This document shows, piece after piece, positions 9,720 through 18,552 of a DNA stretch of 64,000 bases. The notes under the pieces were generated by a model. That model was not told where the DNA came from, did not search any database, and was given only the letters and a program-made list of their open reading frames with translations. Each line of letters starts with the position of its first letter. The stretch's first letter is position 1. The position numbers were made by a program, and so were the translations under genes. Source of the DNA: Myxococcota bacterium (GTDB taxonomy: Bacteria; Myxococcota_A; SURF-8); the NCBI GenBank assembly GCA_963674735.2, contig CAXXQS010000001.1, positions 1,216,001-1,280,000 on the forward strand, given 5' to 3'.

Positions 9720-11003
9720 TCAGGCTTTGCCACGCAGTCTGGCCGCTTGGGCGACGCGCTCAATGGCGATCATATAGGCCGCATCCCGCATGTATAAACC
9801 GCGCTTCTCGGCAAGATCCGCAATGGCGTTGAAAGCTTGGGTCAGTTTTGTGTCCAACTTGTCTAGAACTTCATCTTTCTCCCAGTAGTAGTTCATATTG
9901 GCTTGCACTTGTTCGAAGTAGGAGCAAGTTACGCCACCGGCGTTGCACATGAAGTCTGGAATAACATAGATGCCGCGCTCTTTGAGTACAGCATCGGCTT
10001 CGCGAGTGGTAGGTCCGTTCGCCCCTTCGGCAACCAGCTTGACTTGTTTGCTGATTTTCAGAACGGTCTCGGCATTGAGTTGGTTTTCAAGAGCGCAGGG
10101 AACCAGGATATCAACCTCCTGCGAAATCCAATCCTCACCGGGAAGGATTTCATAGCCTGCGTCTTTGGCTTTGTCTTTGTCGATCGCTCCGTAGCTGTCT
10201 GTTATGGAAATCAGGAAATCGGGGTCGACACCGTCCCCATTGCGATAGGTATAAGCGGTGTTGTCCTGTTCGTCCCAACAAGAAACGCACAATGCCCTGC
10301 CGCCGTATTCACGGAATAGTTTCGCCGCGAACTGTGCGACATTGCCAAAACCCTGAAAGGCCGCGGTCATGTTCTTAACATCGAGATTCAGCCTTTTCAG
10401 TGCTTCGCGAACACAATACATTACCCCGAATCCGGTGGCTTCGGTGCGTCCCAACGAGCCGCCCATGCCAATCGGTTTGCCGGTGATAAAACCAGGATAA
10501 TGGCCACCTGCGAGCGTTTCATATTCGTCCAGCATCCACATCATGTGCTGGCCGTTTGTCATCACATCCGGGGCCGGAACATCCAAGACCGGTCCGACAT
10601 TCCGGAAGACCTGTCGGATCCAACCTCGGCAAATCTGCTCTTGTTCGGCTGGGGATAGCTTGCGCGGGTCGCAAATCACGCCGCCTTTGCCGCCCCCAAG
10701 CGGGATGTCGACTACCGCACATTTCCACGTCATCCAGGTCGCAAGGGCGCGAACGGTATCGACGGTTTCTTGCGGGTGAAATCGAATGCCGCCCTTGCAG
10801 GGGCCGCGCAGGTCGTTGTGTTGAATGCGGAAACCACGAAAAACACGTTTGGAACCGTTGTCCATACGGACTGGAATCGTGAAATGAAACTCCTTCGCCG
10901 GCCAGCGGAGCAGTTCGCGTGCGCCGTGCTCCAATCCAAGCATGTCGGCGACGTGATCGAATTGTGCCTGGGCCATTTCGAAGGGGTTGAATTCTTTGCT
11001 CAT
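9720..11003 (-). CDS. gdhA: Glu/Leu/Phe/Val dehydrogenase (glutamate dehydrogenase)
   Basis: RGPCKGGIRFHP, MTWKCAVVDIPLGGGKGG, DVPAPD, TGKPIGMGGSLGRTEATG, GFGNVA, EGANGP, NAGGVTCSYFE. GGAGA RBS before MSKEF. Confidence 0.95.
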   Translation of the reverse strand: MSKEFNPFEMAQAQFDHVADMLGLEHGARELLRWPAKEFHFTIPVRMDNGSKRVFRGFRIQHNDLRGPCKGGIRFHPQETVDTVRALATWMTWKCAVVDIPLGGGKGGVICDPRKLSPAEQEQICRGWIRQVFRNVGPVLDVPAPDVMTNGQHMMWMLDEYETLAGGHYPGFITGKPIGMGGSLGRTEATGFGVMYCVREALKRLNLDVKNMTAAFQGFGNVAQFAAKLFREYGGRALCVSCWDEQDNTAYTYRNGDGVDPDFLISITDSYGAIDKDKAKDAGYEILPGEDWISQEVDILVPCALENQLNAETVLKISKQVKLVAEGANGPTTREADAVLKERGIYVIPDFMCNAGGVTCSYFEQVQANMNYYWEKDEVLDKLDTKLTQAFNAIADLAEKRGLYMRDAAYMIAIERVAQAARLRGKA

Positions 11004-11074
11004 GTTTCTCTCCATATTCAATCGAGCATTTTACAGATAGAAGCCGGACTGAGCTTTCGCGGGAGGAAATGCTT

Positions 11075-11419
11075 TCATCGGTATTCTTCGCAATGCCACA
11101 CACCGGAAGATGATTTCGGTAACTTGCAGTCAGCTCGATTGTCACAATTGGCACACAACCCCAGAAGATGAACATTTTCCGATCTTTTTTCGGTTTTCGG
11201 GGTAGGGGGTTCTTTTACTGCCAATTCACGTGTAGGCAAGGAACAGCATTGGTAGAGTTCGCACTGAATGATGGGAACAGAGGTTTCCGCCAATATTCCG
11301 CACTCATCCTGGTAGGCGCAATTGGCGCACACTCCGGAATTGATCAATACATTTCTGTCTGTCTTACAGGGTTTATCCGCATTGTGCGCCCTAGCTTCCG
11401 CTTTATTTCCATTTGTCAT
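11075..11419 (-). CDS. Small Cys-rich hypothetical protein with two four-Cys modules
   Basis: Strong AAGGAGG RBS before the ATG at 11419. Two homologous modules, GxCANCx5Cx11-12CExY. Confidence 0.8.
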   Translation of the reverse strand: MTNGNKAEARAHNADKPCKTDRNVLINSGVCANCAYQDECGILAETSVPIIQCELYQCCSLPTRELAVKEPPTPKTEKRSENVHLLGLCANCDNRADCKLPKSSSGVWHCEEYR

Positions 11420-11477
11420 TGTGAAAACCTCCTTCAAGTCCTTGGGGGCTGTTGATTTGCCCTTTTCTCTGACATAG

Positions 11478-11494
11478 AGCATGAGCCGTGCCAA
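11478..11494 (-). promoter_or_regulatory. Sigma-54 (-24/-12) promoter
   Basis: Minus strand reads TTGGCACGGCTCATGCT, i.e. TGGCAC-N5-ATGC with exact GG-N10-GC spacing, about 60 bp upstream of the small ORF. Confidence 0.8.
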
Positions 11495-11614
11495 TATGTA
11501 AATAACGGACAGCCGACAGACTGTTGGGCATACATGCCTGAAAATACAAGCAATAATCGTGTTTGCACGGTGCTCGAAGGATTTGAACGACTTTCAACGA
11601 ATGAACGCTTATCT

Positions 11615-11647
11615 GGGGAGTATTTCCCCGCCGGGGAGAAATTCCTC
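11615..11647. promoter_or_regulatory. Tandem palindromic sites, putative enhancer (UAS) for a sigma-54 activator
   Basis: GGGGAGTATTTCCCC (11615-11629) and GGGGAGAAATTCCTC (11633-11647), 120-150 bp upstream of the -24 element. Confidence 0.6.
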
Positions 11648-11823
11648 GCTTTGGGTGATATTGGCTGTAGTCTATAAATTACCCTGAATTTAAAAATCAA
11701 TAATCAAACCAAGGGGCTCTGATCAAGAAATCACCTTGATGCTTGATGTTGTGCATCTGGCGTAGACTTTGCTTCCATGTTTAGCGTGGTAGAATAGACG
11801 CACCAAAGTAGAGGTTCGCGAGT

Positions 11824-14772
11824 ATGACGGAATTAAATATAGTGCAGCATCGTTTTGACTCCTTCCGGTCTTTGATGCCTCATCGCATCCGGGAGATTCT
11901 TTTAGTTTCAAGCGTCTACGACGCGTATGTCCTGGAAGAGGATGGTGGGCTTGAGGAGCGGATTTGGGAACAGTATATGGAACACGGTTTGTCTTCGGTG
12001 CCTCGGATTCGCAAAGCAAGCTCTATCGAGGCGTCGTTAGCAATTATCGAGAATGAAACCGTTGACCTGGTTCTAACCATTGTTCATGACGATGACGATC
12101 TTGCCTTGGAACTGGCTGGAAAAGTAAAAGCATTAAAACCGCAATTGCCGGTCGTATTTTTGATTACCGACCCAATGATGCTTGAAACCTACACGAATCG
12201 GCGAGTTTTGCCGATGGATCGCGTTTTTTTGTGGCAAAACGATCCCTCGCTTTTACTGGCCATCGTTAAAAACTTCGAAGACCAGTTGAACGTGGCGCAT
12301 GATACGAAAACCGGCAAAGTCCGTGTGATCTTATTGGTGGAAGACTCCGTTTCGCACTACTCCTTGTTTTTGCCGATGATGTACACGGCGATTATGAAAC
12401 TGACACGACAACTGATGGACGATGGCCTCAATCATCTGCACAAGCAACTGAGAATGCGTTCCCGTGCCAAGATCATTTTGGTTGACAATTTTGAAGATGC
12501 GCTACGCGTGTACAAGGAATACCAATCCTATCTACTGGGAGTTATCACCGATGTCCGTTTCTGGAGCCAGGGAGAGTTGGACGCTGAAGCGGGAATCAAG
12601 CTGGCCAAGCATTTTCGTGAAGGCTTGCCGGAATTGCCTATTTGTATTCAATCCGCCGAGCCCGACAAGAATCGAAAACGTGCGATTGATCTGGACGCCC
12701 ATTTTCTCGATAAAAGCTCAAACCATCTTTTAGATGAATTGGAATGCTGGCTGATGGAATTCATGGGTTTCGGCGATTTTATTTTTCGCAACGATCAGGC
12801 GGAAGAAGTTTGCCGAGCCAATTCCCCGCGAGAGTTGATGAAATGCCTGGAAACCGTTCCGATTGATGTCGTGGTTCAGCATGCCAGGCATCAGGACTTT
12901 TCGCATTGGATGATGGCTCGAACCGAGATCAAGATTGCAGAGCGGCTCTATCCTGCGCGAATTGATGATTTCGCCGAGATGGAAGGTGTCCGTCGCTTTC
13001 TTATCCAGGTGATAGGGACAGAGCTTGACGAAAAGCAAAGCGATGTGGTGACCGTCTATTCACCCAGCAAAGACCCGAACGCGTTACGGTTTATGCGGCT
13101 GGGTGACGGCTCTTTGGGAGGGAAGGCAAGAGGCATCAGTTTCCTGCGGTATTTGTTGGCTCGACAGGAGATCCGGCTAGAATTTCCCGATGTTTTAATT
13201 CAAATCCCGTCGGCGCTTGTTATCTGTTCCGACATCTTCCAGCAATTCATGCACAAGTACGATCTTTGGGAATTTTGTTTGAACGAGAAGACAGAACACA
13301 TCGACATACAGAATCGCTTTCTTGAACTTCCCGACCCGCAGGAACTTGCAGAGAATCTTACCAATTACCTCAAGCATGTTACGGTGCCCCTGGCCATTCG
13401 TTCCTCAAGTATTTTGGAGGACTCCCGGAATCTTCCGCTTGCCGGACTGTACTCCACATTTATGCTGCGTAACAATGAAGAGTCCCTGGACGCTCGCTTG
13501 GCCGCACTGCTAAGAGCCATCAAGTTGGTTTGGGCCTCGACTTTTGGGGATGATCCCAAGGCTTATTTCCAACAAACGCCCTATCATCTGAGGGATGAGC
13601 GGATGTCGGTGGTGATCCAGAATCTGGGTGGTGATCGGCATGATGATCATTTCTATCCGACGTTTTCCGGTGTGGCGCAATCGCACAATTTTTATCCGAT
13701 TTCGTACATGAAACCGGAGGATGGAGTTGTTCAAATTGCGCTCGGATTGGGTAAGACGGTTGTCGAAGGTGGGCCGATCGTTCGCTTTTGCCCTAAATAT
13801 CCACAGATTTTGCCGCAGTTCGTAAAAATAAGAGATTGGCTGTATTTTACACAGAAATACTTTTATGCACTAGACATGAAATGTGTTTCCTCTAGCCAAA
13901 CAAGTCCTATTAGCGACGATGATCTCCGGCAGTTACCCATCGAAGTTGCGGAGAAACACGGAGTACTTCAGCATGTGGCATCCGTCTATCAAGGCGATAG
14001 CGATTTGCTTGTCGATAGCTTCTTTTACGAGGGCCCACGTATTATCACCTTTGCAAAAGTGCTACGCGACCCCAAACTGCAATTGGGAAAATTGCTGGGT
14101 AAAATCATGAAAGATTCGGAAAGTGCGATGCGCACACCCGTCGAGATTGAGTTTGCCGTTGATTTGGGACACAATGGCAAACCCATATTTTATCCGCTTC
14201 AGCTTCGGCCGATGACGTCCAAACGAAAATGGGAATCCGTTCAAATCGACAAAGAAGCGATTGACAAGGCAATCTGCTATTCCAATCAAGCTCACGGAAA
14301 CGGTGTCATTGACAGCATCTGCGATATCGTATTTGTAGCACCCGAAGAATTCGATAAAACAAAAACCCGTGAAATCGCCATGGAGATCGGGACTATTAAC
14401 CGACAGCTTGTCGAACAGAATCGACCCTATTTACTGATTGGTTTCGGACGTTGGGGGTCGGTAGACCCATCCATGGGGATAGGAGTAAAATGGTCGCAAA
14501 TCTCCGGGGTCAAAGTAATGGTCGAAGTAGGGTTGCCGGATTTCAACGTGGATCCTGCTCAAGGTACGCACTTTTTCCAAAATGTGACGTCGTTGAATAT
14601 CGGTTGCTTGTCGATTCCAAATGAAACGGAATCCCGTCTTGATTGGGAGTGGTTGCGGAAACGATCCGTCAAGCAAATCACAGCCCATCTAAAGCATGTT
14701 CGACTGAACGACCCATTGGAGATCCGTATTGACGGGCGAAAGGGTGAGGCGGTTGTATTGCACAACACCTAG
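11824..14772 (+). CDS. Receiver-like domains fused to a PEP-synthase/PPDK-type ATP-grasp (PEP/pyruvate-binding) domain
   Basis: N-terminal receiver-like folds (EILLVSSVYD; VILLVEDS...GVITDVRF); ATP-grasp motifs GSLGGKARG, LAIRSSSILEDS..LAGLYST, GLGKTVVEGG, VEIEFA...LQLRP; C-terminal DPAQGTHFFQN. Confidence 0.88.
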   Translation: MTELNIVQHRFDSFRSLMPHRIREILLVSSVYDAYVLEEDGGLEERIWEQYMEHGLSSVPRIRKASSIEASLAIIENETVDLVLTIVHDDDDLALELAGKVKALKPQLPVVFLITDPMMLETYTNRRVLPMDRVFLWQNDPSLLLAIVKNFEDQLNVAHDTKTGKVRVILLVEDSVSHYSLFLPMMYTAIMKLTRQLMDDGLNHLHKQLRMRSRAKIILVDNFEDALRVYKEYQSYLLGVITDVRFWSQGELDAEAGIKLAKHFREGLPELPICIQSAEPDKNRKRAIDLDAHFLDKSSNHLLDELECWLMEFMGFGDFIFRNDQAEEVCRANSPRELMKCLETVPIDVVVQHARHQDFSHWMMARTEIKIAERLYPARIDDFAEMEGVRRFLIQVIGTELDEKQSDVVTVYSPSKDPNALRFMRLGDGSLGGKARGISFLRYLLARQEIRLEFPDVLIQIPSALVICSDIFQQFMHKYDLWEFCLNEKTEHIDIQNRFLELPDPQELAENLTNYLKHVTVPLAIRSSSILEDSRNLPLAGLYSTFMLRNNEESLDARLAALLRAIKLVWASTFGDDPKAYFQQTPYHLRDERMSVVIQNLGGDRHDDHFYPTFSGVAQSHNFYPISYMKPEDGVVQIALGLGKTVVEGGPIVRFCPKYPQILPQFVKIRDWLYFTQKYFYALDMKCVSSSQTSPISDDDLRQLPIEVAEKHGVLQHVASVYQGDSDLLVDSFFYEGPRIITFAKVLRDPKLQLGKLLGKIMKDSESAMRTPVEIEFAVDLGHNGKPIFYPLQLRPMTSKRKWESVQIDKEAIDKAICYSNQAHGNGVIDSICDIVFVAPEEFDKTKTREIAMEIGTINRQLVEQNRPYLLIGFGRWGSVDPSMGIGVKWSQISGVKVMVEVGLPDFNVDPAQGTHFFQNVTSLNIGCLSIPNETESRLDWEWLRKRSVKQITAHLKHVRLNDPLEIRIDGRKGEAVVLHNT

Positions 14773-14817
14773 CTGATTTTGGGGATTGCTTCAGGTGTTT
14801 ATGCAAGTGAGAGCAGC

Positions 14818-17304
14818 CTAGTCGAAAATCAGGCGTAAGGTTGTGATGTGCCGTTTGATTTCCACCGTCAATGTCTGGTTGTCGACATCTAGCGGATGCA
14901 GGTCCTGCTCCAACGCCGTGCATTTGTAGGCGTGTTTCATTTTTCGTCCCGGTATGGAAACTTGCACTGACTGTGATTGGGCTGCATACGAAAGGAGACG
15001 GACAATTAATCCGCGTTGGTCATCGGCTTTTTTGACCGTATCCACTCGAACGTCGGGGGAGTCGACTTCGATCAGTCTCGTTGCCATACGATCGTAGAGC
15101 GCGGCATTGGGATCGATCCAGCCGGGCTTTAACACGGCATCCGCCGTCTGGGCCATGCGATTATCCCGCCAGTCTCCCGTTTCGGTGAACCATACGGCGT
15201 AATCGAGTGTTTGCAAGTCATCTTCACGCCCCGAAGCCGGATGCGCCGGGATCGGAAGAAACCGAAATGCACGTTCGGATGGGGTGTTGCGCATCGCCAC
15301 CCACTCCAGCATTCCCTGGCTATCGGCCGAGAAACTCGCCGGAGCAAAGACGGCTGCCGCCAAGCCGTGCGGACGCAGGGCATCCTTAAAATGCAGAAAG
15401 CTTTGTGCCGACCAGAAAGTAGGAACAAACAGCTTGGTCAACGGTCGTGCCACCACGCCGCCCGGAACGTCCATGATCAGGGAGGCTGGTTCGATATCCG
15501 CCGAGAAACGCACCGTGACCGTCCGACGACGAAGCGGGGTTCCAGTGATCTGCATGCGTACAACCGGACTATCATTGCGAATCCACAGTTTGCGTGTAAG
15601 TGGAACGCCTTCGAGCTCACCGGCGATCGTGACTTCGAGTACGCTTTCTTTTTTTAAAACCGTGATAGCGGCAACATTTTCGCTACTGCGCTCTTTGATG
15701 TGAAAGCGTCCCCCGGCAAACTCCTGCCCCATACGCCACAAACCACCGGAATCGACATAGCTCACGGCATCGTTTCCCAATCCGAGCATATATTCGCAAC
15801 CGTTCGGGGTTTTCCAGGATGTAAGACATCCGCCTTTGTCTTCGTCGAGTCGAAGTTTCATAAACGGTGTCGTGACTTCGAGTACACTGTCTTCCTGGCA
15901 CCATTCGGGCGGATTCGGATGTGCTTGTTCAACTGGCTTTGTCAGAGCGGCTGCTGTCGCTCGCATGGCATTTTTAACAAATTCATCGGCCTGCTTCAGC
16001 CACACACGCTGTTCTTTGTTGCAAACCCGGTCGGGAGCGGTTCCAGTGATGAAATCGTGATGGTTGCTGACGACGGCGATATCCCAGGCAGGGGTCAGAT
16101 CTGGATAGTCGGTGGAAGTATGATCGACTATATCGCTCTGGTTTTCACGAACGATCCGAAGCTTTTCTTCCAACAACAAATCTTGAACCAACTGTTTGCA
16201 CTGTATTTTCAATTCGGTACGTGACGCATAGTAGCCCATCCAGTATGGATTAGGGTCGAGTCGTAAAGTCGGCAGTTTTTCTCGATGAAACGAAACAAGA
16301 TCCAGGTAGTCGTCCAACGCACCGATGGTCAAATAGGTTCCGGTATCGGCATAGCGCTCACGGTTGTAGCGATTCAAAAGGCCATGCAACCCCGGGATCG
16401 GACCGTTGAAGTCCATTCCAATCGGGCAAAAAAGGTAAGGAGTGGCCGATATCGAGTCGAGCTGTTTTTCGAATTGGGTGATGCGGCGTGCAATGTGCCT
16501 TTCGGTACGAATGGGAAAACCGAACAGAATGCCCATCCACTTGACTGGACCCAGGTAGACTAGGTTATCGCCCTGGAAATATGTTTGTGGATTCCAGTGA
16601 CACAACACCTCCGAACCGTCCGGACCCTGCCAGACAAAGTCCAGTGTTTTAAGTTCGTCGTGTAACAGGCTGGCGCTGCTGCCGGGCCTCGGGTAATACC
16701 AGCCGGGGCGGTAATCGCTGCCGGGAAAGTTCATGCCGTCGATACGAGTGATGGCGGCATAGGGAATTCCAGCCGCTTCCAGAAGCGACGGCACGGCGGG
16801 GGAATGTCCGAAACCATCGGGAAAATACGCCATGCGTGGTCGCTGGGTCATTCCGTTATCGTGCAACCAGGATTGTCCGCGTAGGTAGTCGCGCAGGATC
16901 ACTTCCGTACTTGGGAGGTTGGTGTCGGGGGTGGTCATGCCGCTGCCGGTCAGTCGAATCCGACCGTTGTTGATGTATTTGCGCAACCTGTTTTGTTGCT
17001 CGGGGCAACGCTCCCAATACATTTTCAAGAAAAACAGACACTCGATGCTGTAAACGCGCTTCGGTTCCTGATCGAGCTGTTCGAGTGCGTTATCGAGAAT
17101 GCGCTTGATACGAAACCGGAAATATTCTTCCGAGGTGCAGAGCCAATTCGGATCCCAATGGCTGGTTTCGGCGAAAACGATCACCCGTCTGGCATCGTCG
17201 GGAATGCCCAAACGCTGACGAATGCAACTTTCATTCTCCACAGCTTGCTTCGGCTGGTGGGTAACGGTTCCGACGCGCGAGAAAATAGTGGTTGTCGATG
17301 GCAT
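14818..17304 (-). CDS. Glycoside hydrolase family 38 (alpha-mannosidase-like)
   Basis: SHWDPNW (Zn-binding HxD), PDGFGHS (nucleophile DxFGH), FVWQGPDGSEV, HHDFITGT, C-terminal VKKADD..GLIVRL. Confidence 0.85.
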   Translation of the reverse strand: MPSTTTIFSRVGTVTHQPKQAVENESCIRQRLGIPDDARRVIVFAETSHWDPNWLCTSEEYFRFRIKRILDNALEQLDQEPKRVYSIECLFFLKMYWERCPEQQNRLRKYINNGRIRLTGSGMTTPDTNLPSTEVILRDYLRGQSWLHDNGMTQRPRMAYFPDGFGHSPAVPSLLEAAGIPYAAITRIDGMNFPGSDYRPGWYYPRPGSSASLLHDELKTLDFVWQGPDGSEVLCHWNPQTYFQGDNLVYLGPVKWMGILFGFPIRTERHIARRITQFEKQLDSISATPYLFCPIGMDFNGPIPGLHGLLNRYNRERYADTGTYLTIGALDDYLDLVSFHREKLPTLRLDPNPYWMGYYASRTELKIQCKQLVQDLLLEEKLRIVRENQSDIVDHTSTDYPDLTPAWDIAVVSNHHDFITGTAPDRVCNKEQRVWLKQADEFVKNAMRATAAALTKPVEQAHPNPPEWCQEDSVLEVTTPFMKLRLDEDKGGCLTSWKTPNGCEYMLGLGNDAVSYVDSGGLWRMGQEFAGGRFHIKERSSENVAAITVLKKESVLEVTIAGELEGVPLTRKLWIRNDSPVVRMQITGTPLRRRTVTVRFSADIEPASLIMDVPGGVVARPLTKLFVPTFWSAQSFLHFKDALRPHGLAAAVFAPASFSADSQGMLEWVAMRNTPSERAFRFLPIPAHPASGREDDLQTLDYAVWFTETGDWRDNRMAQTADAVLKPGWIDPNAALYDRMATRLIEVDSPDVRVDTVKKADDQRGLIVRLLSYAAQSQSVQVSIPGRKMKHAYKCTALEQDLHPLDVDNQTLTVEIKRHITTLRLIFD

Positions 17305-17442
17305 GACGTTCTCACCTTTGTTGACTGTCGCTCTATATGCCAGACTGAAATCCTTAGCTCTTATGTAATGTTAACGTAATGTGCGGTGGACTCTATGCGT
17401 GTCGTCATTTTTCACCGAAAGGAAAAAGCCAACCGAATTGGT

Positions 17443-18150
17443 TCAGCGCTTTAAAGAAGCCCGTACCGGCGCATGGTCGGGCGAATAGCACTCCACCTTT
17501 TCATTTTTCGATATCTCCGTTAATTCAAGTAGTTGCGAAAATAGTTCCGGCAATTCACGCCCGGCATGAGAACGAGCCATCCAAAGTGGCAGCATTCCTG
17601 CCATATCGATGCTGAATTGATAACGAACCTGCACGCGCCGACCGTCATCCAGAGATCGCATTTGCCAACTGCCCCGGTTATGGCTGACCCGTACGATTCC
17701 GGGGCGCTCACAGGGGCCCAACTCCGGTTTGGATTGGTAACGCACCCAGCGGACTCCATCCGTCTCGCCCCATTTCACCAGTAAAACGAAGTCCCGATCG
17801 TCGATGACGGGCAAGTTAAGGTGCTGATATAATAATAGTTTATTGTGGCCACAGCCAAGGATGTCGATGGTGCTGACCCGGTTGATGTTTCCGGGGTGGC
17901 GGCGATAGTCGAGCAATGCTTTCATGAATAAATCTGCCGATGTATCCAAAATAGCTTCTGCGGCGATGCGCACCTGCTTGGGGTCGTGATGTCGGTATAC
18001 GTTAACCCCGGCCCGTTCGAAAATGGACTCGAAACCGACTGATTCCAGGGCCACCCCCAATGGCGTACATTCAGCATCACCAGGAATGCGTGCAGAAGAA
18101 GCAACCGTCGCCAGCATGAGAAAAAGTACCAGCGAGACAATGCGAGGCAT
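17443..18150 (-). CDS. Secreted START/SRPBCC lipid-binding domain protein
   Basis: Signal peptide; YQHLNLPVIDDRDFV; IVRVSHNRGSW; IDMAGMLPLWM. Confidence 0.8.
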   Translation of the reverse strand: MPRIVSLVLFLMLATVASSARIPGDAECTPLGVALESVGFESIFERAGVNVYRHHDPKQVRIAAEAILDTSADLFMKALLDYRRHPGNINRVSTIDILGCGHNKLLLYQHLNLPVIDDRDFVLLVKWGETDGVRWVRYQSKPELGPCERPGIVRVSHNRGSWQMRSLDDGRRVQVRYQFSIDMAGMLPLWMARSHAGRELPELFSQLLELTEISKNEKVECYSPDHAPVRASLKR

Positions 18151-18552
18151 GATACAACTCCCGGACCAAACAGCACACCATCAGCATCCGCGCAACACAT
18201 AATCGGGTTCGCGTGATCAACGGTACCGGTCATGCACAAAGGTCCCCAGGACGAGCGCGTGTTGAAACTTCGGTTGCAAGGAAACGTAATTTCGAACGCG
18301 ATGGGGGCCAAAGGCGGAAATCCACTCTTTAATACTAGCGTTATGGTGTCTTACTTGCAAGCGCTTTTACGGTTATCATCATAATTTACTGCCGAGATTT
18401 GGAAGGAAGGGTGCAAGCCCAAGTAGGGCTGACGCTGAAATAGTGGATAAACTCCATTATTTAACGATAATTTCGCTTGTTTCGTCGCGTCGTTCCCGTT
18501 AGCATTTGCGATATGCAAATGAATGACACTCGATCGCTTTGCCGGAGGTTTC

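Noticed and set aside
11420-11494. N-terminal extension of the small Cys-rich ORF from the TTG at 11494
   Set aside because: It overlaps the sigma-54 promoter; the ATG at 11419 has a strong AAGGAGG RBS.
11824-14772. Calling the 982-aa protein a true PEP synthase (ppsA)
   Set aside because: It lacks the pyruvate-binding barrel and the canonical phospho-His motif, and carries receiver-like domains.
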